Of a DNA stretch of 62,174 nucleotides, positions 10,308 to 23,462 are shown piece after piece. The notes under the pieces were generated by a model. The model was given only the letters and a program-made list of their open reading frames with translations. It was not told the DNA's origin and ran no database searches. Positions within the stretch are counted from its first letter, which is position 1. Each line of letters begins with the position of its first letter. The stretch lies in assembly GCA_046076045.1 (NCBI GenBank), contig JBJTRI010000013.1:1-62174 (forward strand), given 5' to 3'. A program made the translations under genes and the position numbers. The stretch comes from a bacterium (GTDB lineage Bacteria; Eisenbacteria; RBG-16-71-46).

Positions 10308-11468
10308 TCAGGGGGCGGGTGGGGCCAGGACCTCGCGCTCGGACTCGAACTCCGGCACCCCGCTCGTCCCGTCCATCGCCAACCCCGCCAGGATGCGACC
10401 CATGAGCGGGCCGAACTTGAACCCGTGCCCCGAGCACGCCGAGCCCACCACCACGCGCGGTGCGCTGGGCAGTGGACCGACCACGAACCGCTCGTCGGGG
10501 GTGTTCGTGTACAGACAGGTCTCGCGGTGCAGCGTGGGTCCGAGCGGTGCGGCCAACTGGCCCACGAGGAAGGCGCGCACACGCTCGATCGCGCCGGGGT
10601 CGGGGCCGGGGTGGGTCTCGGGGTCGTCGTCGCCGCCGGCGGTGGCGTGCCATGCGGCCTTGATCCCCGGCCGGCCGAACTCGGGCAGGCCGTAGTGCAC
10701 GCCCTCGTCGGGCGGGCCCAGTCGCACCCACACCGGGAACCGGCCGGGTCGCGCGTCAGCCGGTTCCCCGCCGAGCGCGAAGTAGCCCACGTGCTGGCGC
10801 TTCACCGCCACCCGCGTGCGGAGCGACGGCACGAGCTCGCCCACCCAGGCGCCCGCGGTCACCACGACGCGCTCGGCGAGCAGCCGACCGCGGTCGGTGT
10901 CCACCACGACCGGGTCGTGCTCGGCCTCGATCGCACGCACGCGCGTCTCCTCGAGCACATGCACGCCCTCGATGCGGCACAGACGGTCGAGCGCTCGCAG
11001 CGTGTCGGCGGCCGCGAGCACGCCGCCCGTGGTGTCGTGCAGCACGGCATGGGCGTCGGGGAACGCGAATGCCGGGAAGCGCCGGCGCGCCTCCGCGGGC
11101 GTGAGGCGTTCGACGCCCGGTGCGCCCGCGGTCGCGACCGCGTCGGCGTAGTGGTCGAGGTCGCCGGCGGGGGGGCCGAAGAACACGCCGTCGGTACGGT
11201 GCAGCAGGGTGCGGCCGCAGGCGCGCTCGAGCCCGGGCCAGTCCTCGGCGTGCGCCACGCGCATGAGGCGCACCCAGCGCGCCTCACCGTAGGTGGTGCG
11301 CGTGATGCGGCCCTCGCCGTGCGAGCTGCCGCGGTCGTGGTGCAGGCGGAAGCGCTCGACCAGCCCCACGCGCGGCACGCCGCGCCGCGCCAGTTGCCAT
11401 GCGGTCGCGAGGCCGTGCACGCCAGCCCCGATCACCAGCGCGCCGAACGCGGCCGGCGGCGGGGTCAC
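10308..11468 (-). CDS. FAD-dependent amine oxidase, monomeric sarcosine oxidase / N-methyltryptophan oxidase family
   Basis: 386 aa from the GTG at 11468. Motifs: GAGVHG dinucleotide fold, CLYTNTPDERFVV and SGHGFKF. GTGA overlap with the upstream symporter stop. Confidence 0.85.
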   Translation of the reverse strand: MTPPPAAFGALVIGAGVHGLATAWQLARRGVPRVGLVERFRLHHDRGSSHGEGRITRTTYGEARWVRLMRVAHAEDWPGLERACGRTLLHRTDGVFFGPPAGDLDHYADAVATAGAPGVERLTPAEARRRFPAFAFPDAHAVLHDTTGGVLAAADTLRALDRLCRIEGVHVLEETRVRAIEAEHDPVVVDTDRGRLLAERVVVTAGAWVGELVPSLRTRVAVKRQHVGYFALGGEPADARPGRFPVWVRLGPPDEGVHYGLPEFGRPGIKAAWHATAGGDDDPETHPGPDPGAIERVRAFLVGQLAAPLGPTLHRETCLYTNTPDERFVVGPLPSAPRVVVGSACSGHGFKFGPLMGRILAGLAMDGTSGVPEFESEREVLAPPAP

Positions 11469-12733
11469 GTGCGTCCGGGCGTGCCGGGCAGGTCCTCGCC
11501 GCGTGAGACCACCACCGCGGCCGCGAGGTCGCCGGTCACGTTGAGCGTGGTGCGGCACATGTCGAGCAGGCGGTCCACACCGAGGATCATGCCGATCCCC
11601 TCGACCGGGATGCCCACCATGCCGAGGATGAGCGCGATGACCGGGATGGAGCCCGCGGGCACGCCCGCGGTGCCGATGCCGCCGAGGATGCACACGAACA
11701 CCACCGTGCACTGCTGCGCGAGCGACAACTCGACGCTGTAGAACTGCGCCAGGAACAGCACGGTCACACCCTCGAACAGTGCGGTGCCGTTCTGGTTGGC
11801 GGTCGAGCCCACCGTGAGCACGAACCGGCTCACGTGCGAGGGCAGGCGCAGTTCGCGTTCGGCGACCGCGAGCGACGTGGGCAGCGTGGCGTTGCTCGAC
11901 GCGGTCGAGAACGCGGTCAGCATGGCCTCGCGCACGCCGCGGAAGAACGTCCACGGCGACATGCCGCCCAACCACGCCACGCTGATCGAGTACACCACGA
12001 ACTGCTGGATCGACAGCGCGGCGATGACGGTGAGCACGAACGCGCCCAACTGCACCAGCACCTCGTGGCCGAGGCGAGCGGTGAGCGTGAACGTGAGGCA
12101 CGCCACGCCGATGGGCGCGACGCGCAGCACGCCCTCGAGCAGGCGCATGGCCACGTCGTAGAGCCCCTGCAGCGTGCCCTCGAGGTGGCGTGCGGCGTCG
12201 GTGCGCGTGGCCGCGAGGCCCAGCCCGAGCAACAGCGAGAACACCATGACCGCGAGCATGTCGCCGTCCACCATGGCCTTCACCGCGTTCTGCGGCACCA
12301 GCCCGACCACGAAGTCCACGCCGGTGGCCGAGGTGCTCGGCGCGGGCGCGGGGGCCGAGGCGGCCTGTTCGAGCAGGCGGGTCTTGAGGCCCTCGGACAG
12401 GCCCTCGCCCGGGCGCACCAGGTTCACCATCGCGATCCCGATGAACACCGCGATGCCCGAGACCACCACCGTGTAGGCGAGCGTCTTGAGCCCGATGCGT
12501 CCGAGCGCGCGCAGGTCGCCCAGCCCCGAGACCCCGAGCGCGAGCGCCGAGACGATGAGTGGGATCACGAGCACGAACAGCAGGCGCAGGAAGATGCGTC
12601 CGGCGGGCTCGGTGACGGTGCGCACGAACTGCTGGAGCGCGGGCGCGTCGCCCCACAGCAGGTGGGCGGCGGTGCCGAGGACGACGCCGGTCACGAGGCC
12701 GAGGATCATGCGGGCACTGGGGTGGAGGTTCAT
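11465..12733 (-). CDS. Dicarboxylate/amino acid:cation symporter (DAACS, GltP/DctA-like)
   Basis: 422 aa from the ATG at 12733. Motifs: SSNATLP, STANQNGTALFEG, AGVPAGS, DRLLDMCRTTLNVTGD. Confidence 0.9.
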   Translation of the reverse strand: MNLHPSARMILGLVTGVVLGTAAHLLWGDAPALQQFVRTVTEPAGRIFLRLLFVLVIPLIVSALALGVSGLGDLRALGRIGLKTLAYTVVVSGIAVFIGIAMVNLVRPGEGLSEGLKTRLLEQAASAPAPAPSTSATGVDFVVGLVPQNAVKAMVDGDMLAVMVFSLLLGLGLAATRTDAARHLEGTLQGLYDVAMRLLEGVLRVAPIGVACLTFTLTARLGHEVLVQLGAFVLTVIAALSIQQFVVYSISVAWLGGMSPWTFFRGVREAMLTAFSTASSNATLPTSLAVAERELRLPSHVSRFVLTVGSTANQNGTALFEGVTVLFLAQFYSVELSLAQQCTVVFVCILGGIGTAGVPAGSIPVIALILGMVGIPVEGIGMILGVDRLLDMCRTTLNVTGDLAAAVVVSRGEDLPGTPGRT

Positions 12734-12872
12734 GGGGCGGGAGTATCGGCGCAGCCCGTCGGGCAGCGCAATGCCCCTGTGGGTGCGGCGCGCACGCGGC
12801 CGGGCTAGACTGGCGGCATCGTCATCCGTCCGCCCCGCGCCCGGCGGGGCGCCCACGCCCATCGGAGGTCCC

Positions 12873-14468
12873 ATGTCCACCACCACCGGCCGCCTGGCCC
12901 CCGTGGACGCGGCCCAGTTGCCGCCCTACTCGCCGACCACCTACCTCGACTACTCACAGGCCGAGCACCGCGCCTCGTACGAGCAGGCCCTCGCGGCCGT
13001 GCGCGCGCAGGCCGGCCGCGAGTACCCCATCGTGATCGGGGGCGAGCGACTGACCGGCTCGCGCACGTTCGAGACCACCAACCCGTCGCGCCCGAGCGAG
13101 GTGCTGGGCCGGTTCCACAGCGCCACGCGCGAGCAGACCGCGCGCGCGGTCGAGGTCGCCGCCGAGACGTTCAAGACATGGTCGCGCGTGCCCGCGGCCG
13201 AGCGCGCCGCGTACCTCGTCGAGGCCGCGCGCCGCATGAAGGAGCGCCGCAACCACTTCTCGGCGGTCATGACGCTCGAGATCGGCAAGAGCTGGAACGA
13301 GGCCGACGCCGACACCGCCGAGGCGGTGGACTTCATGGAGTTCTACGCGCGCGAGATGCTGCGCTACGCCGCGCCGCAGCCCGTGCACCAGATGCCGGGC
13401 GAGCACGACTCCATGGTGTACCTGCCGCTCGGCGTGGGCGCGGTCATCCCGCCGTGGAACTTCCCGCTCGCGATCTGCGTGGGCATGACGACCGCCGCGG
13501 TCGTGACCGGCAACACGGTGGTGCTCAAGCCCGCCAGCGACACGCCGCTCATCGCGTGGGAGTTCTTCGCGCTGCTCGAGGAGGTCGGCCTGCCGCCGGG
13601 CGTGGTGAACTTCGTGACCGGCGACGGCAGCGTGGTCGGCGACGAGATCGTGCGCCACCCGCGCACGCGCTTCGTGTCGTTCACCGGTTCGAAGGAGGTC
13701 GGCATCGGCATCAACAAGCTGGCCGCCGAGGTGCAGCCGGGGCAGAAGTGGCTCAAGCGCGTGGTCGCCGAGATGGGCGGCAAGGACGGCATCATCGTGG
13801 ACGACGAGGCCGACCTCGACGCGGCCGCGCTCGGTGTGGCCCAGAGCGCGTTCGGGTTCGGCGGGCAGAAGTGCTCGGCCTGCTCGCGCGCCATCGTGGT
13901 GGACTCGGTGCACGACGCGTTCGTGGCCAAGCTCATGCCGGCGATCGAGAGGCTGGTGAAGCAGGGTGACCCCGCGACCTACGGCACCTACATGGGGCCG
14001 GTGGCGAGCGAGCGTGCCATGAACACGATCCTGCGCTACATCGAGGTCGGGAAGGCCGAGGGCAAGCTGCTGCTCGGCGGCGGCCGCGTGCCGGGCGAGT
14101 CGGGCTGGTTCGTACAGCCCACCGTGTTCGACGACGTCGCCCCGACCGCTCGCATCGCGCAGGAGGAGATCTTCGGTCCCGTCCTCGCGATCATCCGCGC
14201 CCGCGACTACGACGACGCGCTGCGCATCGCGAACGACACCGAGTTCGGTCTCACCGGCGCGGTGTTCTCGCGCAACCCGGCCAAGATCCAGCGTGCGCGC
14301 GAGGAGTTCTTCGTCGGCAACCTGTACCTCAACCGCAAGTGCACCGGCGCCATGGTGGGCTGCCATCCGTTCGGCGGCTTCAACATGAGCGGCACCGACA
14401 GCAAGGCGGGCGGGCGCGACTACCTGCTGTTGTTCCTGCAGGCCAAGAGCATCGCCGAGAAGGTCTGA
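12873..14468 (+). CDS. pruA: L-glutamate gamma-semialdehyde (1-pyrroline-5-carboxylate) dehydrogenase
   Basis: 531 aa. GGAGG Shine-Dalgarno at 12865-12869. Aldehyde dehydrogenase motifs (FTGS, EMGGKD, GQKCSA) and the PruA/RocA-type C-terminus GTDSKAGG. Confidence 0.9.
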   Translation: MSTTTGRLAPVDAAQLPPYSPTTYLDYSQAEHRASYEQALAAVRAQAGREYPIVIGGERLTGSRTFETTNPSRPSEVLGRFHSATREQTARAVEVAAETFKTWSRVPAAERAAYLVEAARRMKERRNHFSAVMTLEIGKSWNEADADTAEAVDFMEFYAREMLRYAAPQPVHQMPGEHDSMVYLPLGVGAVIPPWNFPLAICVGMTTAAVVTGNTVVLKPASDTPLIAWEFFALLEEVGLPPGVVNFVTGDGSVVGDEIVRHPRTRFVSFTGSKEVGIGINKLAAEVQPGQKWLKRVVAEMGGKDGIIVDDEADLDAAALGVAQSAFGFGGQKCSACSRAIVVDSVHDAFVAKLMPAIERLVKQGDPATYGTYMGPVASERAMNTILRYIEVGKAEGKLLLGGGRVPGESGWFVQPTVFDDVAPTARIAQEEIFGPVLAIIRARDYDDALRIANDTEFGLTGAVFSRNPAKIQRAREEFFVGNLYLNRKCTGAMVGCHPFGGFNMSGTDSKAGGRDYLLLFLQAKSIAEKV

Positions 14469-14490
14469 CGCCCGTTCGTGGGTGAAGTCC

Positions 14491-14520
14491 GGCCCCGGGG
14501 ACCTCGCGGTCCCCGGGGCC
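14491..14520. terminator. Bidirectional GC hairpin between pruA and polX
   Basis: GGCCCCGGGGACC-tcgc-GGTCCCCGGGGCC, a 13-bp perfect stem. Confidence 0.55.
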
Positions 14521-14633
14521 TCGTCATGGGGGCGTATCGAGGGTCCGGGCGGTACGCCCTGCGCTGGCGCGTGTCCGACCGCGTGGCGAGGTGGCACGTC
14601 CTGCCGGACCCGGGCGCGACCGCGTGGCGTGCC

Positions 14634-19749
<5,116 letters not shown>

Positions 19750-19759
19750 GCGCGCCGGG

Positions 19760-21142
19760 TCAGGCGCGCGGCGTGCCCGGCCACACCATGGCGGCCACCG
19801 ACACGAGCCCGCCGGGTTCGGGGCTCTGGTCGTAGAGCAGCGGACGGCCCTCGCCCGGTTCGGCGCAGCGCAGCATGCACCACGTCGGTCCGAGCCCGCA
19901 GATGCGGGTCGCGTTCTCGTCGGGGGCGAGCGACGCCCACCAGCGATCGGCGTCGCCGCTCGCGGCCGCGTTGAGCGCGGTCTCGTCCACCTGCTGGATG
20001 GCGCGCGCGCCCTCCTCGTCGAGTGCCGGGTCGCCGAAGCGCGGGCCGACGTGCGAGAAGTCCACGCTCGCCACGTACAGCGTGGGCCCGCCCAGTTCGG
20101 CCTCGGCCTCGCGCACGCCCGCGACCAATGCCTCCAGCGTCTCGTCGCCGCGCGGGTCGCGCGACTCGTCGAAGAACCACTCGAACCCGCCGCACAGGAT
20201 GGGCACCAGCGTGAAGCGGCGGTAGCGCAGGCGGCGCTGCAGGTACAGCAGCACGAACTCGATCGAGTGCTCGTCGCGGTGCACCAACTCCTCGCGGTAC
20301 GCGGTTGGGCCCACGCGCGCCGCGACGCGGTCCACGAACTCCGTGTCGCACGGCACCTGACCGAACGGCGTCTCGAACCGCTTGCGCGTGAGCGCGACGC
20401 GATGGCGCTGCAACTGGTGACCGGTGCCGAACACGACCACGCGCAGCGGCAGCGGGGCCTCGGGGCCGACCTCGAGCGCGGCACGCGCCTGCACGTGGCC
20501 GCGGCGGCGCGGGTCGAGGTGGGGGATGAGCAGCGCGCGCGGCAGCGTCTCGCCCTGCGCCTCGCTCTCGCCGCGCTCGGTCATGCCGGCGCGCGCGTGC
20601 GTGAACTGCTCGTCGAGGAAACCCTCGAGGGGCTCGTGCTCGTTGGGGTAGCACACGCCGTCGAGTGCGGCGGGGCGCACCTCGAGCGGGTGCCACTCGG
20701 CCTGCAGGCGGTCGTACTCGGCCTCGAAGCGCGGGCCCTCGAGCAGGAACTGGTCGTCGAGCTTGCCCACGAACTCGCGCACGATGTTGCCGAGGCGCAG
20801 GTCCTTGGACTCGCGCATGACGAGCGCCTGCAAGTCGGTGAGCGACGTGGTGCCGTCGAGCAGTTCGAGCAGCGCGATCGTCTCGAGCCCGAGCACCATC
20901 TGCTGCGGGCAGACGCCGAGCGGGTCCATGACGAGCAGCAGCTCGCGCTGCGGATCCTGCGGGTCGCGCACGATCTGCATCTGGACCGCGCGCAGGCGCG
21001 GGTACTCGGGCAGGTCCTCGCGACTCTCCACGCTGGCGCCGGGCGGCAGGATGATGCGCGGGCGCTCGCCGCTGGGCTCAGGGTCACCGCCGGGCAGGAT
21101 GATGCGCGACGGCGGGGGCGTGGGGTCCTGGAAGTCGGGCAC
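19760..21142 (-). CDS. Memo-like (AmmeMemoRadiSam system protein B family) protein with an N-terminal PqqD/RRE-like extension
   Basis: 460 aa from the GTG at 21142, preceded by an AGGAG Shine-Dalgarno. The C-terminal two thirds match the Memo pattern (IPHLD, FGTGH, DEHSIEF, VDFSHVGPRFGD, ICG). GC3 is high across the whole N-terminus. Confidence 0.8.
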   Translation of the reverse strand: MPDFQDPTPPPSRIILPGGDPEPSGERPRIILPPGASVESREDLPEYPRLRAVQMQIVRDPQDPQRELLLVMDPLGVCPQQMVLGLETIALLELLDGTTSLTDLQALVMRESKDLRLGNIVREFVGKLDDQFLLEGPRFEAEYDRLQAEWHPLEVRPAALDGVCYPNEHEPLEGFLDEQFTHARAGMTERGESEAQGETLPRALLIPHLDPRRRGHVQARAALEVGPEAPLPLRVVVFGTGHQLQRHRVALTRKRFETPFGQVPCDTEFVDRVAARVGPTAYREELVHRDEHSIEFVLLYLQRRLRYRRFTLVPILCGGFEWFFDESRDPRGDETLEALVAGVREAEAELGGPTLYVASVDFSHVGPRFGDPALDEEGARAIQQVDETALNAAASGDADRWWASLAPDENATRICGLGPTWCMLRCAEPGEGRPLLYDQSPEPGGLVSVAAMVWPGTPRA

Positions 21143-21353
21143 GGCGGCTCCTGCGAGGGCGAGCCGGCCTCCGCGACGCGGGTGCGGGGCGTGAGGGCCG
21201 GCGACCGCGCGAGGATAGCGGCCGCCCGTGGACCGCTCAAACCGAGCGCGAGGCGCACGCACGGGTGTGCGCCGCCGTGCGCAGCGCGCCGGACCGCCGG
21301 TGCGGGGGGGGCAGCGTGCAATCCGAAGCGGTTTGCGACAAGATGCGCCCGCG

Positions 21354-21920
21354 ATGACCACACAAGCGATGGCGAGGATCGTGGATGCCTACCTGACCCG
21401 ACTCGAAGGCGAGCCGGGGTTCTGGCGTGGCGTGCGCAACGACGTGCCGGTGTTCGTCTTCAGCGACGACCGGCGCGACCGCATGCGCATCATGGCGCCC
21501 ATCGGTGTGGTGGACGAGCCCGACGCCGACCTGTTCCACGTGCTGCTGCAGGCCAACTTCGGCCGCGCGGTCGACGCCCGGTACGCCATGCGCGGGAAGG
21601 AGATCTGGGCGGTGGTGGTGCACCCGCTCGCGACGCTGGCGCCCGACGACCTGCCGAGTCTGTTCGACCAGGTCGTCAACCTGGTGCGCAATACGGGGAC
21701 CACGTTCGCGTCCACCGACGAGATGGATCCGCAGACGCTGCCCGACGACATCGTGCTGGAGCCGGCCGAGGACGAGGACGACGACGATCCGTCGTTCACC
21801 ATCGCCGACCGCGAGGACGACGACGAGGACGACGACGACCTCGATGACGACGACGAGGACGACGACGAGGACGAGGATGACGGCCGGGATGGTCGTCCGG
21901 GTGGGCCGAAGGGCCGATGA
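21354..21920 (+). CDS. CesT/YbjN-fold (type III secretion chaperone-like) protein with a poly-acidic C-terminal tail
   Basis: 188 aa. The N-terminal ~125 aa resemble the chaperone-like pattern (W......VPVFVF.D....RMRIMAPIG......DLFHVLLQANF). The tail at 21718-21917 is dominated by Asp/Glu runs. An alternative ATG is at 21369. Confidence 0.6.
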   Translation: MTTQAMARIVDAYLTRLEGEPGFWRGVRNDVPVFVFSDDRRDRMRIMAPIGVVDEPDADLFHVLLQANFGRAVDARYAMRGKEIWAVVVHPLATLAPDDLPSLFDQVVNLVRNTGTTFASTDEMDPQTLPDDIVLEPAEDEDDDDPSFTIADREDDDEDDDDLDDDDEDDDEDEDDGRDGRPGGPKGR

Positions 21921-22783
21921 ACCCGGCCTCGGGCGCGGTTCCGTCCATCGCGATCGAGGTGCGCGTCGCGCCGGGCCGCGTGCTCCCGGGCCACGTCTGG
22001 TGCGCCGAACGGCCGCGTGCGCTGGTCGCCATCGTCCACGGCTTGGGTGAGCACAGCGGACGCTACGCCGCGTTGGCCTCGGATCTCGTGCGCGCGCGCT
22101 TCACCGTGGTCGCGCTCGACCTGCCCGGGCACGGTCGCAGCGAGGGGCAGCGTGGCGACATCCCGTCGTGGGAGCAACTGCGGGACGCGATCGTGCCGGC
22201 CATGTTCACCGCGACGCGCGGGCTCGACGAGCAGCCCGCCGACCTCCCGGTCATCCTGATGGGGCACAGCATGGGCGGCGTCATCGCGCTCGACCACGCA
22301 CTCGCGCACCCGCGCTTGCTGTACGGACTCGTCCTGTCGGCGCCCGCGCTGCAGCCGCCGGTCCCGCCGTGGTGGAAGCTCGCGCTCGCGCGCGTCGCGG
22401 CGCGGGTCACGCCCACCGCGGGTTTCCCGAACGGTCTCGACCCCGAGGGGTTGTCGCGCGACCCCGAGGTGGTGCGCGCCTACCGCGAGGACCCGCTCGT
22501 GCACGACCGCATCAGCCCGCGCACGTACTTCGCGTTCCTCGCGGCCGCGCGGCGCTGTGCGCGCGAGCTGCGCGGTTTGCGCGTGCCCACGCTGACGATC
22601 CAGGGCATGGCCGACACGATGGTGGACCCCAAGGGTTCGCTGGCCGCCTCGGGGGTCGCGCCGCACGGCATGATGCGGCTCATGACGTTGAGCGGTGTGC
22701 GCCACGAGTCGTTCAACGACCTGGGTCGCGAGACGCTGGTGCGCGACCTCTTGGCGTGGCTCGACGTGGTGTTGGTGGCCTGA
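21917..22783 (+). CDS. Alpha/beta hydrolase, lysophospholipase / monoacylglycerol lipase-like
   Basis: 288 aa. HGLGEHSGRY motif and nucleophile elbow GHSMGG. ATGA overlap with the upstream gene. Confidence 0.85.
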   Translation: MNPASGAVPSIAIEVRVAPGRVLPGHVWCAERPRALVAIVHGLGEHSGRYAALASDLVRARFTVVALDLPGHGRSEGQRGDIPSWEQLRDAIVPAMFTATRGLDEQPADLPVILMGHSMGGVIALDHALAHPRLLYGLVLSAPALQPPVPPWWKLALARVAARVTPTAGFPNGLDPEGLSRDPEVVRAYREDPLVHDRISPRTYFAFLAAARRCARELRGLRVPTLTIQGMADTMVDPKGSLAASGVAPHGMMRLMTLSGVRHESFNDLGRETLVRDLLAWLDVVLVA

Positions 22784-22787
22784 CGCC

Positions 22788-23462
22788 ATGGCCGACCTGC
22801 CCCTCGGCCGCGTGACCTCGGTGCGCACCGGCCGCATCGTGCGCCATGACCGTCCCGGTTGGGACGAGGTGCGATCGCCGTGGCGCACCGCGTTCTGGAA
22901 GGACGAGGCCGAGGGCCCGGTGCACGTGACCGCGCTGGGACTGCTGGGCGACGAGCAGGCCGACACGCGCCACCACGGCGGGCCCGAGCGCGCCGTGCTC
23001 ATGTACCCCGGCGAGCACTACGCGCACTGGCGTACGCGTCCCGGGCTCGCGGACATGGGCCCCGGCGGCTTGGGCGAGAACCTCACCACCGAGGGGCTCG
23101 ACGAGCGCACGGTGTGCGTGGGCGACGTGCTCGAGGTGGGTGGGGGGGTGATGCAGGTGTCGTCCCCGCGCGGTCCGTGCATGGACATCTCGCGCCGCTG
23201 GGACACCGAGTGGCTGCTGCGCGAGGTGGTGGCCGCGCGCGCTCCCGGTTGGTACCTGCGCGTGCTGCGCGAGGGCGTGGTGGCGCGCGGTGACGCGGTG
23301 CGCTGCATCGAGCGCCCGCACGCGGGCTGGACGGTCGAGCGCGTGCTGCGCCTGCGTGACGAGTCGCCGCGCTTGCGCGCCGAACGCGACGCGGCCGCGT
23401 CGCTCGAGTCGCTCGCCGCCGAGTGGCGCGAGCGTCTGGCGACGCTGCCGGTCGTGGACTAA
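22788..23462 (+). CDS. MOSC domain protein (YiiM-like)
   Basis: 224 aa. Motifs: GD.QAD...HGG..RAV, GENLT..GL.E..VC.GD and PC.......... Confidence 0.85.
   Translation: MADLPLGRVTSVRTGRIVRHDRPGWDEVRSPWRTAFWKDEAEGPVHVTALGLLGDEQADTRHHGGPERAVLMYPGEHYAHWRTRPGLADMGPGGLGENLTTEGLDERTVCVGDVLEVGGGVMQVSSPRGPCMDISRRWDTEWLLREVVAARAPGWYLRVLREGVVARGDAVRCIERPHAGWTVERVLRLRDESPRLRAERDAAASLESLAAEWRERLATLPVVD

Noticed and set aside
21228-21353. A GTG-initiated 42-codon N-terminal extension of the chaperone-like gene.
   Set aside because: Third-position GC is only about two thirds in that stretch and the sequence is Arg-rich. The family-like sequence begins at the ATG at 21354 or 21369.
23459-23462. Overlapping stop codons of the convergent MOSC and glpK genes (CTAA).
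   Set aside because: The overlap is real in the sequence but is a trivial consequence of tight packing. It is folded into the genome-style observation rather than treated as a feature.
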